Shown here: piece after piece, positions 41,465 to 54,982 of the stretch
How the letters are laid out: each line of letters starts with the position of its first letter
Numbering within the stretch: position 1 is the stretch's first letter
Assembly: GCF_009914755.1 (NCBI RefSeq)
Contig: NC_060942.1
Direction: 5' to 3' (one strand)
DNA length: 64,000 nt
DNA from: the human T2T-CHM13v2.0 reference genome, Homo sapiens
Program-made: the position numbers and the translations under genes
The notes under the pieces: model-generated
What the model was told of the DNA's origin: nothing
Database searches by the model: none
The model's input: only the letters and a program-made list of their open reading frames with translations

Positions 41465-41990
41465 TTGCTAGGCATTGAGAATGAGTGGTCCTATATGCAT
41501 AGAATTACATTCTGATCCTGGAAGTCAAGATAAAGAATGGAAGCAGGAATGTACACAAATAACCGGAGTGCAATTCCTACCAGAGTACATGCTTCAAGAA
41601 TGTATGCTAAAAGTGCCATGGATTTTTAAATACTAGAAAAAGTAATTGTAACTGAGAAGAAGGTCAGGTTATGCTTCAGAAAAGAGGCATTTCTTCCCCT
41701 TCTTCAGCGTCAAAGAAGGAGTTGTGTGAACAATTCAAATGTAAACTCTAGCATGAGCTAAATGCTGAGTGGGTGGAAGAGCAGGGCATGTTCCAGGAAT
41801 GGTGGATGCAGTGTCAAAATCAGAATGTGAAAAGCCTTGGAGAAAACATTTAGAAGATCCACCATAGTTGCGTAGTGCACAGCAGAGTGGCTGTGGGGGA
41901 GGGAGTTTGATTACATCTTTGTTTTAGAAATACCACTCTTGCTCTGGTGAGAAGAGTTAATTGGTTCCACAGGATGAACTGCAGTCTAGG
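41465..41990 (-). mobile_element. L2 LINE fragment
   Basis: gctaggcattgaga...aaagtgccatgga...gggcatgttccagg...gttttagaaataccactcttgctctgg. Confidence 0.65.
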
Positions 41991-42029
41991 AAGTATCTCA
42001 GATATTGACCTTAACAGATGATTTTTTGA

Positions 42030-42220
42030 GGGCTTAATATGTGCCACAGAACATTCAAAACCTATTAAATGTGTTAATACATTTAATTCTTAAAATAATT
42101 TTATAAAGTAAATCCTCTTGTTTTCTCCTTTTCATACACAAGGAAACTGGGAGCCCAGGGATTTAAGTGAATCTACCAAGCAGTATCAGACCATTTGGCT
42201 CCAGATCAATGTTTCTTCAT
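42030..42220 (-). mobile_element. MIR fragment
   Basis: catttaattct...aaggaaactgggagcccagggatttaagtgaatctacc...tggctccaga. Confidence 0.6.
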
Positions 42221-43239
42221 TACCACAGGTTGAACAGGGTCCAGATTAAAGCATCAAATACAAAACAGAGAAAGAAGAGAGATTTGTGCTTGACTGAGAG
42301 AAATTTCAGAGACATAATCCTTTGGTTTTTGAGACTTGGTAACTGGCGAGGCCAAAGGGGTGGGAGTAGAAGGGAAGATAGAGTATGGCTTTTAACTCTA
42401 TGAGTTTGGGGCCTCTGTAGGATTTGTATAGATGTGTAAGAGTCATTAACTTCTCAATGAAAGTTGAAACCATGGAAATTCGTGAACTTTCCTAGATGGA
42501 GAATGTATCACAAAAGGAAAAGAGAGATTAATTACATGAAAAATTTTAGGTCAGTGGAGGATGCGTGGAGCAAAAGGTTTGAACATCTCCTCTGATTTTG
42601 AAAGCGACCTCCTTCCTGGCAGGGTTGTATTAGTTTGGTGGTTGTCTTCTGCTCTCACTTCAGTTCTGAGCCGTCACAGCTGCTTCTCACAGAGTTCGCC
42701 ACCATAAAAGAGAGTGAAAGTCCATGGCCAAAAGCCTAAGACTGTTGGGAGACATTTAATTACTTTAAAATCTCTACAGCCTGGAAAACATAATGGTTAA
42801 TGGGGTAATCAGATGAAAGGTGTGGAATTTTAAATAGTAGAGACTGTGTCACTAGAGTAGATTGTCACTCCCTTGGAGATGATAAAACTCTAGTGCATAA
42901 ATGGCGACAGAAGCATACCTTCAGCACTCATAAATCAATAATTGGTAAAATGTACTCGTGTATAACTAAGTAGATTTTTATATGGTAGGTCGAATAAACT
43001 GATCATAGTATACTGCAAGACTCAGTGAAATTATGGGCCAGGTTTTATTCATAGGTATCCCTAGATTTTTAAAGCTGTGAGCTACATAGCTTAGGCATAA
43101 ATTAAAAAGCCACTAAGGCTAGGTCACAGGGAGAACTATCAATTAGGCTGAGAAATTATTTTCAGGGCCCCCAGAATTAAGCAGTTTTACAAAGGTAAAA
43201 GGCTTTCTGGTTTTTGGAGGACACAGCTTATTTCCTGGC

Positions 43240-43276
43240 AAAAAAAAAAAAAAAAAAAAAAAGAAAGAAAAAGAAA
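43240..43276. repeat. A23 run plus GAAA-type tail with no recognisable retroelement body
   Basis: Read directly from the sequence. Confidence 0.9.
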
Positions 43277-44365
43277 GGGAAGCACTTATGAGGCTAGCCT
43301 ACAGAAGCAGATTGACCAAGAGTAGGGCTTGTGATTTTGGAAATCTTGAAACAAAGGAGACTATGGGAATTGTTCATCTGGTAATGGACTTTTTGATTAT
43401 ACTTCCCATTGTCTATTTACTTTGGGGTACCCTAGATAAAATATCAGGTGATTATTGGCAAAATATTATGTAAGTCACTTAAATTTGGAAGACTTCAATT
43501 TCCTCAATTATAAAATATAAGAACTACATTTGATAAATTGTAAATTCCTTTCCAACTTTAATATTTTGTCATTTTCATAATCAAGTTGTATTGACTCACC
43601 TCAAATCCCTTCAAGATATATCGTATCGGTTGACCACTATGTTAGCATCAACCATGGCTTTTGCATCCTTGCTTATTTTACAGCTCTGATAAAGGAAATT
43701 AATATTACTCAAAGTCCTTAAGGTTCAAAGGGAGTCATATTTTCTGGATTGCCCTAAATACTGGAGTGCCACGAGTGACTTCTTTGTATTCTAAAATAAT
43801 GCATCTATATAATGAACACATTTATAGCCCTTGAGTTGTATATAGATTGATAAGAAAATAGTGGAAATGTCATTAATTTTTGTATTCTTGAACTTTCATT
43901 CAATATATTTGGAGTACTTCAGAATATCTGCAATGTGAAGAAAGTGAGTTATAACGAAGTATCTATTTCTGCATGTAATTTGTATATTTCGTAATTACTG
44001 TCACTTGTCAGAGTCAAGATGCTTCTTTATGAATATTGGAGTCAAAAGATAGCAAACTTCTGAAGAAAAGGAAAGAATATTTCCCCTTTACTGTTATTTG
44101 GCAAGCTTAAGATGCTTTGCACAACCTTTTTTGTTCATACTTTCTTCTCATTATATACTGTAGAAAAAAAAACAGATACAACTGGAGATCCCCATTTTAT
44201 TGTGACATGTTTACTTTCCAAGGGAAAGCTGCTTAGGTGAAAAACCAATGGGACTCAGATGTCCAAATTTGTAGGAAGTTATGTATTTCTTCTGAGACTT
44301 GATTGATAGACAACACCTGTCAATCATGTATCTTAGGATCATTACTTGAAGGATACTCCAGAATG

Positions 44366-44649
44366 TGCCAGGCACAATGGCTTATACCTATAATCTCAAC
44401 ACGTTGGGAGGCCAAGGAGAGCAGATCGCTTGAGTCTAGGAGTTTGAGACCAGCCTGGGCCACATGGCAAAACTCCATCTCTACTAAAAGATATACAAAA
44501 CATTAGCCAGGTATGGTGGCAAGTGCCTGTAGTCCCAGCTACTCAGGAGGCTAACACTGCAGCCTGGGTGATGAGAGTTAGGCCCTGTCTCAAAAAAAAA
44601 AAAAAAAAAAAAAAAAAAGGAGAGAGTAAAGAAAAGAAAGAAAATAACA
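44366..44649 (+). mobile_element. AluJ with a roughly 60-nt internal deletion of the right arm
   Basis: ggaggct is joined almost directly to cactgcagcctggg at about 44552; A27 tail. TSD atactccagaat at 44353-44364 and 44654-44665. Confidence 0.92.
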
Positions 44650-45034
44650 AAGAATACTCCAGAATTTTTCTTGCTTTCTGTTTTTTTCCCTCAACATTTA
44701 ACAAATTACTTATTAGTGGAAATATCAGGAATTACAGAATATAACATCTATGTGTGAGCAAATGATAGAAATCAAAAATACGTAATTGCTGTTGGATCTT
44801 GACATATTAAAAATGAGATTCTGCTGTTGTTGATGAGGCTGGAAAATGAGAGGTGACCTGCCTGGTTGGTAGTTCCTAGGGAGAAAATTTAGTGGGAGTA
44901 GGAAATACTTAGTTGAACAGGGTTGGGCAAATCATTTTTGTTCTCTCAGCTTTCTTTCCATAATAAATAGAAGAATTTGAGTGACATTCCTTTGGCTCTA
45001 ATATGGAAATATATTTTTATGTACATGTAATGTT

Positions 45035-45553
45035 TGTAGTAGGCAGAAAATGGTCCCCAAAGGTGTCCATGTCCTGTCTTCTGGAAACTGAAATTACATT
45101 GGGTTACATGACAAAGGGAATTAATTTTTCATATGATATTGAGGTTGTTAATCAGCTGACCTCGAGATGTTGAAATTATTGTAGATTACAAGAATGAGCC
45201 CAGGGTAATAATCCCAAGCGTCTTTATATATGGAAGAGGAAGGGAGAAAAGAGAGGACCAGAGAAACAGCGGCTTAAGAAGAACCTGACCTGCTGTTTCT
45301 GGGTTTGAAGATGAAGGACGAAGGCCACAAGGCAAGGAATGCAGACAGTCTCTAAAAGCTAAAAGAATAAAGAAACATATTATTTTCAGAGTCTCCAGAA
45401 TGGTACACAGTACTGCCTACCTATTTTGGTTTCAGACCAGTCAGACCCATTTCAGACTTTTTACCCTCCTAAATTATAAAATAAAAAAATTATGTTGTAT
45501 TTAAGCCACCACATTTGTGATAATTGTTACAACATTATCAGGAAACTAATACA
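45035..45553 (+). mobile_element. MLT1D-like (ERVL-MaLR) solo LTR
   Basis: Starts tgtagtaggcagaa...ccccaaaggtgtccatgtcct, contains gttaatcagctgacctcgagat, and ends tttaagccacc...ggaaactaataca. Confidence 0.9.
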
Positions 45554-46489
45554 GTATTAAAGCATCAATCATTTCACATATGTTGAAATAAGTTATTTTA
45601 AAAATCAAATAAAAAATATTTTAATAGTTAACAATTTCCTTATAAGAATAGATTTTATAAAAAACATGATTAGATAGTCAATTATTTATAAAACTAAGGA
45701 TAATTTGATCTTAGATTTTCTATTTATTCACCAACATAAAAAAATCAACAATTTAAAAAATGTCATCACTATATTGCTAAGAAAAAGTAGGCACAAAAAC
45801 CACCTTCTAGAGTCAGTTTGTCTACTTCTAAAAATGATGAAATTAATTCATTTGCAGATAAGTTAGGTTTGTTGCTATTGTTTTAATATACTGTTAAGCT
45901 CCAAACTTTGTATAGGTAACTCATCAACTAAGTAATGATTCAAATAAACTTTTAATATTAACTAAATTAATGAATCCATTTTTCTTCCCACATTGATTTT
46001 CATCTTTGAGACATTGTTATTGTCAATAATGACAAATTCAGTTTCCTTGACCAAGATACAACTGCTTCTCAGACAGGGTTTTACAGGGTCAAATGCTTAT
46101 GCCCTTGCTCTCATCCTAATATTCACTCAGCATCAACAGAGACTACTGTGTGAATAAAAACAAAACAAAAAATGTGCCAGGAAGAATGAGTCTATGTAGG
46201 TAGCAGGCTCAAGGCTTTCCACGGAGCTCACAAAAGGACCTTCCAATCTGACCTGAATATCAGTTCTGTGAGGCCAGTGGGAAAGGAATCCCTCTTCCCA
46301 TTTCATGACGGTTTTAGATCTAGCAGAATGTTACACGCCTAGCCAAGGACACAGTGGTCTTAGGCCTACTGTCTAAAATTAGAATCACAGTCTTAAGCAT
46401 TAACCCTCAGATTTTACTTGTATTTGCTTACCTAAATTATCATGAGGATAAAATGACTTTTCTTCCAATTCACCGAATTATTGTTGCCA

Positions 46490-48258
46490 AGATCAATTGA
46501 AATAAGTCATTAAGCAACCTTTCAATTTACAATAGCATAAAATAAATAAATTACAGTACTTAGGAATATATTTAACCAGAGATGAAATATCTTGTACACC
46601 GAAAACCAAAAAACATTGCTGAAAGATTAATATCTTTCTTAAAGACATAAGTGAATAGAAAATCATGTTTTCATGGATTGGAAGATTTAATGTTGTTAGG
46701 ATAAGCTTACTACCCAAAGTGATCTACAGATTTCATAAAATCCTTATCAAAATCCCAATGGCATTTTTTTTTGTATAGAAAAACAAACCCTAAAATTTGT
46801 GTGGAATCCCAAGGGACCTCGAATAGTCAAAATAATCTTTAAAAAAGAAGAACAAAGTTGTAAACTCACATTCCCTGAATTTAAAAGGTAATCTGAAGCT
46901 ACAGTAATCAAAACAGTCAGATACTTGCATAACGACCAACATAGAGTCAAATAGAATAGAATTGAAAGCCAATAAGAAAGCTATTTAATATATGGCTGAT
47001 TGTTTTTGTATAAGCATACCAAGACCATTAAGTGAGAAAAGGGCAATCTTTTCAACAAATGGTGCGGGAAAACGGGATATCTATTAGCAAAAGCACAAAA
47101 TTGTACCCCTGCCTAACACCATATAGAAAAATTAACTCAAAATGAATCAAAGACCTAAATGAAAGGCATAAAGCTACAAAACTATTAGAAGAAAACATGG
47201 GGGAAACATTTCATGATATTGGATTTGGTGATGATTCCTTGGATAGGGCACCAAAAGTATAGGCAACAACAAAAAAAATAGATAAATTAAACTTCGACAA
47301 AATTTTAAAAATCTGTGGATCAAAAGACACTAGCAAAAGACTAAAAAGACATCCATAGAATTGGAGAAAATATTTACAAGTAATGTATTGATAAGGGATT
47401 AATATCAGAATATATGAAGAACTACTACAACTCAACAACAGAATAACAAACAACCCAATTCAAAAATGAGCAAAGGTTTGGATAGACATTCCTCCAAAGA
47501 AGATACACAAATGCCAGGAAGCATCTGGGAAAATGCTCAACCTCTTTAGTTATTAGGATGTTTATTAATTAAAAAATTAACAGGTATTAGCAAGAATGTG
47601 GAAAAATTGGAACCCTTGTGCACTATTGGTGAGAATGTAAAATGGTGTGGTTACTGTTCCAAACAGTTTGGTGGCTCCTCCAAAAGTTAAATATGAAATT
47701 CCCATATGAGCCAGCAATTCCACTTCTAGGTATCTACCCAAAAAATTTGAAATAAGGACTCACATTCATATTGGTATACCCGTGTTTATAGAAGTATTTT
47801 TCACAAAGGCCAAAAGCTAGAAATATCTAAGTGTCTATGAATGCATGAATAGACAAACAAAACTTCCTTAATAATAATGAACTATTCATTCATGTGAAGA
47901 ACAAGATCCTGATGCATGCTATGACATGTGTGAATCTTGAAAACATTATGCTAATGGAAGTAAGCAGGACACACAAGGAAACATGTTGTGTGATTTTACT
48001 TATAAGAGGTACCTAATAGGCCATAGAGCCAAAAGGTAGCATAAAGTTTACCAGCTGTTAGCAGGACAAAGAAAAGAGGAGTTATTGTTTAACAGCTACA
48101 GGGTTTCTGTTTGGGATGAAGAATTTCCAGTAATGGATAGTGGTGATGGTTGTACAACATTGCAAATGTATTTAATGCTACTGAATTATACACTTTAAAA
48201 TGGATAAAATGATAAATTTTATGTATATTTTAGCACAATAAAAATAAAATTTCAAAAA
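46490..48258 (+). mobile_element. L1MB-type LINE-1: decayed ORF2 3' part and 3' UTR
   Basis: tacttaggaatatatttaacc, cttttcaacaaatggtgc, cagcaattccacttctaggtat, and gatagtggtgatggttgtacaaca...cacaataaaaa. Confidence 0.93.
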
Positions 48259-48329
48259 GCAGTTTGAAACCTATAAATTATAATAGATTAGCTAAGAATT
48301 TCATGCTTTTAATTTGTGCTATGCATATT

Positions 48330-48510
48330 CTGACTGCTGTACTTGTAACAATTATTTTAATCTTCAAAATATCAGTATGTAGAAAAATTTATTATTATGC
48401 CCATTTAGAAAATGTAGAAACAAAGGTTTAATAACTTGTCTAAGGTTACATAGTAAACAGGGGTGGATCTTAGATCTGAATAGAAAATAATCTGGCTCCA
48501 GAGCCATGTT
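48330..48510 (-). mobile_element. MIR fragment
   Basis: tattatgcccattt...taacttgtctaaggttacatag...tctggctccagagcc. Confidence 0.7.
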
Positions 48511-49827
48511 CTCATGTTGTCTCCAAAATCTTTATATTGCTTCCTAAATTACTGCACAATTGTAAAAAAAAAAAAAAATCAAACGTATTAAGTTTCATGA
48601 TTCAGTGTATACTTAATATGGTATTTTGAGAAACCAAGGTTTTAGCTGTATGGATTGGAGATTCATTCTAGGTTTCAGGGTCTCAATTCAGTAACTAACT
48701 GGGAAAATCAGCTATGAATCTCCAGCATCATTTTCTACCCTCCTGTCTGGCAAGGTCATTGCTAAGTGTGTGGGGGTCACAGTAAAGGTAGTACCAATGC
48801 ACCTGGGGAGGGTGAGAAACTGGATGACTTTCCCTTTTACCTCCCATCTACATCCCAACCACCTGGGACTCCTAAGCCCTTTCAAACCTGTCTCACATCA
48901 GGAATGACTCTGTGGGTTTTTCAGACATATTTGAGTCCAGATTTGTATGTCTTTAAAACTTGTCTCATCAGCACTTCTGGAAAAGTGATTTCTAAAAGCA
49001 ATTGCCTGTAAGACTCTGCATTCTCTAAAATAATTAGCAAATTTTTGCATGGTGACTTTCTTCCTGGGGGAGTCACTTCTTTTTCTCGTAGTGAGAAATC
49101 TGACTTCTTTAGAAATCTTATTTTTCTAATCCAAAGCTTTTGATACTGTGACCCACACATGACTTCAGAGAGTGATGACCCTTCTTAAGAACAGACATGT
49201 GCCATCTCTGTCTTACAGATGGCTCCTGCATCCTGTGCCATTTGATATTTTTCTCTGTTCTGCAGTTAGGTGGCTCAGATTCTTAATTAAAAGATTCATT
49301 TTTATGGCAGCTTTTATAAAGCAAATATCCGCACATGAAGGAAGAGGAAAAAGAACAGAAGGAGGAGGGAACATGGCCTGCTTTCCACCAGATACTGAAA
49401 CGTTCCACTAATCTTTTTCGCACCTTGTGGTTTCAATTTTCCCTTTAAAATGTGGATTAAACAAAGTTGCCAAAAAACATATGCTTTCGTGTCAAACATT
49501 TCACTTATTTGGGAGGCTGAAAGCAGCTTGAGAGTGCTCACTGACTCCGCCTGAGGAAATGGAGCAGGGTGGTTTGGGTTTTTAACTGGAAACATTCTCC
49601 TTGAAAATTGAAGGGTGAACATAAGAGCTGTCATGTGGGTCTGGCCACTGGTGGACTGTAAGACCATCCCAGGTATTCCCTCTTAGAGGACAGAAGAATC
49701 AGACCAAGTTGCCAACCTAGATACTGGCCTTATCTTTTTGGCTTGTGACCTGATCACATTCCACAGCTAATTGGGGTTGAGACAAGTCAATACTAACACA
49801 TGAGATCTCTAGGGCAAACCCATTTGC

Positions 49828-49976
49828 TGTAAGCTTCCTGAAGCCCTCACCAGAAACAGATGCTGGCCCTATGTTTTGTGTAAAGCCTGCAGAACCACAA
49901 GCCAAATAAACCTGTTTACTTTATAAATTACCCAGTCTCAGGCATTTCTTTATAGCAACACAAATGGGCGAACACA
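49828..49976 (+). mobile_element. MST (MaLR) LTR 3' fragment
   Basis: gccctcaccagaaacagatgctgg...agcctgcagaacc...ccaaataaacc...ataaattacccagtctcagg. Confidence 0.88.
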
Positions 49977-50182
49977 GCAGGTAGTTATAGGGTATTACTA
50001 TTTCCTAAACTATGAGCTAGGGTTTTTAGACTAACCATCTCATGTAATCTTCCCCCTTTAATGTGTATAAGATAATATTGTTCCCATTTAACAGAGGAAG
50101 AAATCAAGGCTTCCTGACACCTAAATATTTTTTCTGGGTTGCACCACTAATACTTGGTAAAAAAAAGGACTCAAAGCTCAAT

Positions 50183-50309
50183 TATTTCTCCTATTCCACT
50201 GGTTTATATGTCTGTCCTTACGCCAGAATCACAGTATTTTGATTGTTGTAGCTTTGCAGTAACTTTTAAATTCAGGGAATGTGAGTCTGCAACTTTCTTC
50301 TTCCTTTTC
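50183..50309 (-). mobile_element. Isolated internal L1M ORF2 fragment
   Basis: Its reverse complement aligns to the same L1 segment as about 46845-46965. Confidence 0.85.
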
Positions 50310-50619
50310 CGTGTGGTCCTCTAGAATTAACAATAGAATGATGTCCTGCTTAATCTTTACTCCCTAGGCTATTTGTCATATTATATTTACAAGTCATTTG
50401 AATATTGCATGTATCAAATTTCCTCTCTTGACCCCCCGTTTTTGCCAAAATGTCTCATAAATTCATGAATTAAAAGTAATATTAAATAATCTGAAACTCA
50501 CAAAGCATTGTGTCAGCTTCTCTATCTTGCCTTTGCTATATATTACTAACTTTAATAAATGTTTGTTTATTAATCAATCCATTCATTCCAGAAACAATTA
50601 GAAGACAGTATCTTGAGTT

Positions 50620-50800
50620 AGATGTACTTAGAATGAGTCCCAACTCCAAAATTGCAAACTTTGCACAAGTCATTCAACCTTTTTGTGACTAGGTATACTC
50701 ACCACCAGTAAATTGGAAAAGTATAGTACTTTAGGGTTATTGTGAGGGTTAAATGACTACCTATAAGTGTCAGAACAGTGTCTAGTATTTAGTGAATGCT
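50620..50800 (+). mobile_element. MIR fragment
   Basis: caagtcattcaacct...tagggttattgtgagggttaaatga...agaacagtgtctag. Confidence 0.7.
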
Positions 50801-51269
50801 ATAGAGGTTATGCCTCATATGCATCAATGGGTTGAGATCTGCCTTTGTGGTATGATTGTGATGGGCATATCCCTGTTAAATTTCCATCCTGGACCTCCTG
50901 TAAATAGCAGCTATTATTGACTACACTAGCCTGAAAAAAACTGTTTTTCATGATATTATAGCATTTGAGATTTATTCTCTTTTCTGGAAGACTTTTTAAC
51001 CTTCCAGAGTCCCATTGGAGAGGTTGATATGGAGCTGAGTTACGTAAAAATTTTCTAATAACATTAGTTCAGAAAAAGATGTATAGAGATGGTAAGTTGA
51101 TTGGAGATAAGGTAATTAAAGAGGCTATGGTCAGGCAGAAGCACATAGCTGTAAGTTGTGACCACATGAAACAAACCCTGCTTTCTCCAAACATTTGCTT
51201 CTGATTAGTTTTAGGGAAACAGCCAGTGTCATGGTGATTCACTGTATGATCATCTATATTTAAAGACAC

Positions 51270-52817
51270 AGATGTCCATCTCTCCAGTCCTTTCCTTTTT
51301 TCCTGCACTCTGGATTCTGGTTTCCAACCTCTTCTTGGAGGTCTCTCATGGTCACATCAAACTGCACAAGTCCAAGCATGAACTAATGACAACCATTCTC
51401 AAACCCACTTCTCCTCCTGCATTTATCTCCCAGAGAATGGTACAACCATTCCCTGTAACACCAGCTAGAAACTTGGGTGTCACTTGAACCTCTCCCTCAG
51501 AATCTTCTGTTGGATAAAATTTATATTTTGATAAATATTTGCTTTTTTAACCCTTTTTCTCTGTTCCCATTCCTTCAGAAGTTCATATCTCATTTGGATT
51601 ATTGCAGCAGATTCCAAACTCTTCTTCTTCTCTTCTGTTGAGCCAATGCCAATCTTTGGCATTGTCATCAAAACAGACCTTCTGAATATTGAATCTAATT
51701 ATGTCATTGCCCTGTTTGGACACTGAAAGATTTTTCAGAGTAGCTTTAGGTTGACAGTAAAATTGAGAAAACAGTGCAAAGATTTCCCAAATACTCCTTG
51801 TTTGTGCACATGCATAGCCTCCCCTGTTATGAACATTTACCACCAGAGGGGTACATTTGTTACCATTTATGAGCTTACATTGACACATCATTATCATCTA
51901 AAGTTCACAATTTACAATAAGTTTCACTCTTGGTGTTTTACATTCTATGGGTTTGAACCAATGTATAATGACATGTATCCTCCCTTATAGTAGCATACAG
52001 AATATTTCATTGGCCTAACAATCTTCTGCCTATTTACCTCTCCCTTTCCCCTAAACCCTGGCAACCACTGATATTTGTACATTCTCCATAGTTTTGCCTC
52101 TTCCAGAATGTCATATAGTTGGAATCATAGAATATGTAGCTTTTTAAGATTGGAATCTTTCATATAGTCATAAGCGTTTGAATTTCCTCCATGTCTTTTC
52201 ATGGCAAAAGCTCATTTCTTTTTAGTGCTGAGTAATATTCCATTGTCAGGATGCACCACAGTTATGTCCTTAATAACTGAAGGACACCTTGGTTGCCTCC
52301 AAGTTTTGGCACTTCTGAATAAAGCTGTTATACACATACTTTTGCAAGTTATTTACACTGAAGAATTTTAAGGTTGAAATGCTGTAATATTGGCCACAAA
52401 GCTTCCCAAGGTCTATTTTCTGCCTTTCTACATCACCTTCTCTCAGTGCAGCACATAAACTAAACAAAATTTAGTTCCAAATCCTCAAGATGGTTTGTTT
52501 GTTTGTTTATTTGTTTATTTTTTGCCTCTGACCCTTTGCACCTGCTGTGTTCACTCTGAGGAATGCTTTGCCTCCAGGCTCTGCATGTCCCTCTCCTTCC
52601 AGTATGTAGTGTTTGGCTGAGGAGACATCTCTTCTGCTCAGATGATCATCCCATGTTGTTGGCAGAAGTCTGAGTACCTGATTCTCCTTTCACTTTGGTC
52701 CTATCCCATACTGGACCACAAAGTTTCTTGAGGGCAGAGATAGGGTATATCTTTACTTTGTATTCCATGTACTTAACACAATGTCTAGTTTCAAATACAT
52801 TTTGATTAATGAATAAA
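51270..52817 (+). mobile_element. L2 LINE fragment split by an L1M insertion
   Basis: cacatcaaactgcacaagtccaagcatgaact and agaaacttgggtgtca precede the L1; cctttgcacctgctgtg, cttgagggcagaga and ttgattaatgaataaa follow it. Confidence 0.7.
51728..52355 (-). mobile_element. L1MC/L1MD-type 3' UTR fragment
   Basis: tttaggttgacagtaaaattgag, caccagaggggtacatttgttac, cattgacacatcattatca, ccctggcaaccactgat, gaatgtcatatagttggaatcat. Confidence 0.9.
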
Positions 52818-53610
52818 CAGGTATCATATGAGAGTGAGCTGTGAGCTGACTTTGGCTACATCATCTACCAGAGAGAGGTTTCAGGCAAAAATATTCTTTG
52901 CTTCCTAACCAGGAGAGTTTAAAACAGGCAGAAAACATCTATATTTGGGAATAAATACACTGTATCAAATATATTGAATATCATTTCAAATTCCTGCATA
53001 GGGCAACAAATGTAAGTAAGGATCTGCCATGGTGACAAGCAGTAGGGCATCAGGAAAGGATTCATGAGGAAGATCAAAGTAGCCTCTTTTTCTTCTCCTA
53101 CTAGCTCAAATAACATGTGATGTTAGGGAACCATACTGCTCATGAGGACCTTTCATTTGTCTTTTAAAGATGTGTGGGTTTAGAGTAGTTTAGAGTAGTC
53201 CACATTCCTTGCAGCTCTACAGTTCTCTAAATTGTTGGCAAAAATTATATAATCGTATCATGGTTTGAATTTTATCTTGATTTACTATATCTCTATAACT
53301 TGAGTCTTTGAATTTACAATAGGTATTAAGATACAATTTCAAGAGATGTGTGATGCTGGGGAATATGGCATTTGATGATTAAAATATAAGTTAATTCATT
53401 GAGCATTTATTGGGTACTTAGTAGGAGCACTATGGTATTTTAGATATAGTGAACATTGCAAAAAAGAAAAAATCAGGATGAAACAGCAGTCATAAATGGC
53501 TCTAAAATCTAACTGGGGAAGCAAAATTTAAAACAAGAAGGAGAAGAAAGAAGATGTTCTAGGATACTGACCTTGCTCAGGAGCTACAAAGTAGTCTGAA
53601 ACATGTGAAA

Positions 53611-54230
53611 TGTCAGGGTTGCTGAGGAAGGCCTGATAGTAAAATGATGGATTTATCTGGGTCTTTAAAGCTTTCCAAAAGTGATGGTAAGGGGGAAAAT
53701 AGGATGTAAGCAAACACAAAGCCAAGGACATTGCCAAGCGTGTCCTGGGGATTGGAAGGCAAGGGGGAAGGATGTGGATCTTCGTGTGGGAGAATTGCCC
53801 ACAGGGAGAATGGGATGGAAGCAGGGATTAGATTTGCCGACAGCTGAGAATGGAGCTGGGTAGCAAACACCACCAAAAAGAGACACTCCAGAGTCTGAGC
53901 AGGGCCACAGATGAAAAGGAGAGATCTGCCTCAAGGGAAATGGAAAACATGAAGGGACCCCTCCGCAGGTATCACAATATTCTAGAGTTTAATCCAGGGT
54001 GGCGTGGCAGTGTTCCTCCCACCTTGAGTGACCTCCCTTATAGGAGCGTACAAACTGGAACAAATACACATTTAAACAATATGAACGGGACTTGGCATTT
54101 TTGTATCATGTCTGGTGCTTCATCTGTCTTATTAACTCCCCAACTGTCTGTCTGCATGGGTCTCTGCCTGTAAATCGATAAATAAAGAGTTCTACCTTTT
54201 GTGCTGTTGTCTGTTTATTCTAGAACCAAT
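53611..54230 (+). mobile_element. Possible very old LTR, family not identified
   Basis: TG start, G-rich body and AATAAA at 54181 followed by a GT-rich stretch. This rests on architecture only. Confidence 0.35.
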
Positions 54231-54968
54231 GCCCCTTTCAGTGTAAATGTTGGTACCTTACCCTTTGTTTTCCTGGGTGGTATCATATTCCCAAACCAAG
54301 GACTCTCCTTTCTTTATTTCTTTACTCTAGAAGCTATGTTACTAAGCAGGCAGCCCCCACTTCTGAGGAGAGACAGTTTCTTGCTCAGCAAGCAATGCTT
54401 TCTTCCCAGCAGGGGATTAGATGGGTGCATATATATATATTTTTGTTTTTTTTGCAGCCCGAATATCAAGGTTCTAGAGGCAAAATTCAAAGCAAATGAA
54501 ACACTCATCTTATCTGTCTATGGTTATAATGATTTACTCACCCACTAAAATTTAGATTTATCTAAATTAGATTCACTTAAATTCTCTTGTCTGTCATCCC
54601 TGTTAGAAAACATGAAGGTTTTCTTTCTTGTTGATGAAGGAGCTGAGACTCAATTTTCAGCCTGTTTATTCTTTTTCTCTGTCTCTCTGTCCCCACCCTC
54701 TCCACACACATACCCCTGCTCATTCTGACACACTCACGTATGTTCTCATAGGGAGAGGGCCCAGCCTCAGCTGAGGGAGCGCTTAGAGGGAGGTGTATGC
54801 AGCTTCAGCTGCAGATTAATGAGCTATTTGACTGGGACATGACGTTGGTTTAACAGCATTTTTTCTCAAATGTGGTGTGATCAGGAATTTGCAGAAGTTT
54901 ATTCTTAGCTCTTTCTTTTGGCTTCTGCAACATGTTAACAGCTTGTGCATTTTGTAATGCCTTTTTTC

Positions 54969-54982
54969 ATTACCATGGTAAC
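54969..54982. promoter_or_regulatory. RFX X-box-like palindrome
   Basis: attaccatggtaac matches GTTACCATGGTAAC at 13 of 14 positions. This is a motif match only. Confidence 0.5.

Noticed and set aside
43240-43276. Orphan poly(A) as a possible extremely truncated retro-insertion
   Set aside because: No TSD or upstream body is detectable; slippage expansion is sufficient.
53179-53198. 10-bp tandem duplication tttagagtag x2
   Set aside because: An ordinary slippage duplication.
53528-54548. Cluster of 60-115 aa ORFs
   Set aside because: No recognisable protein; locally higher GC in a probable old LTR explains the reduced stop frequency.
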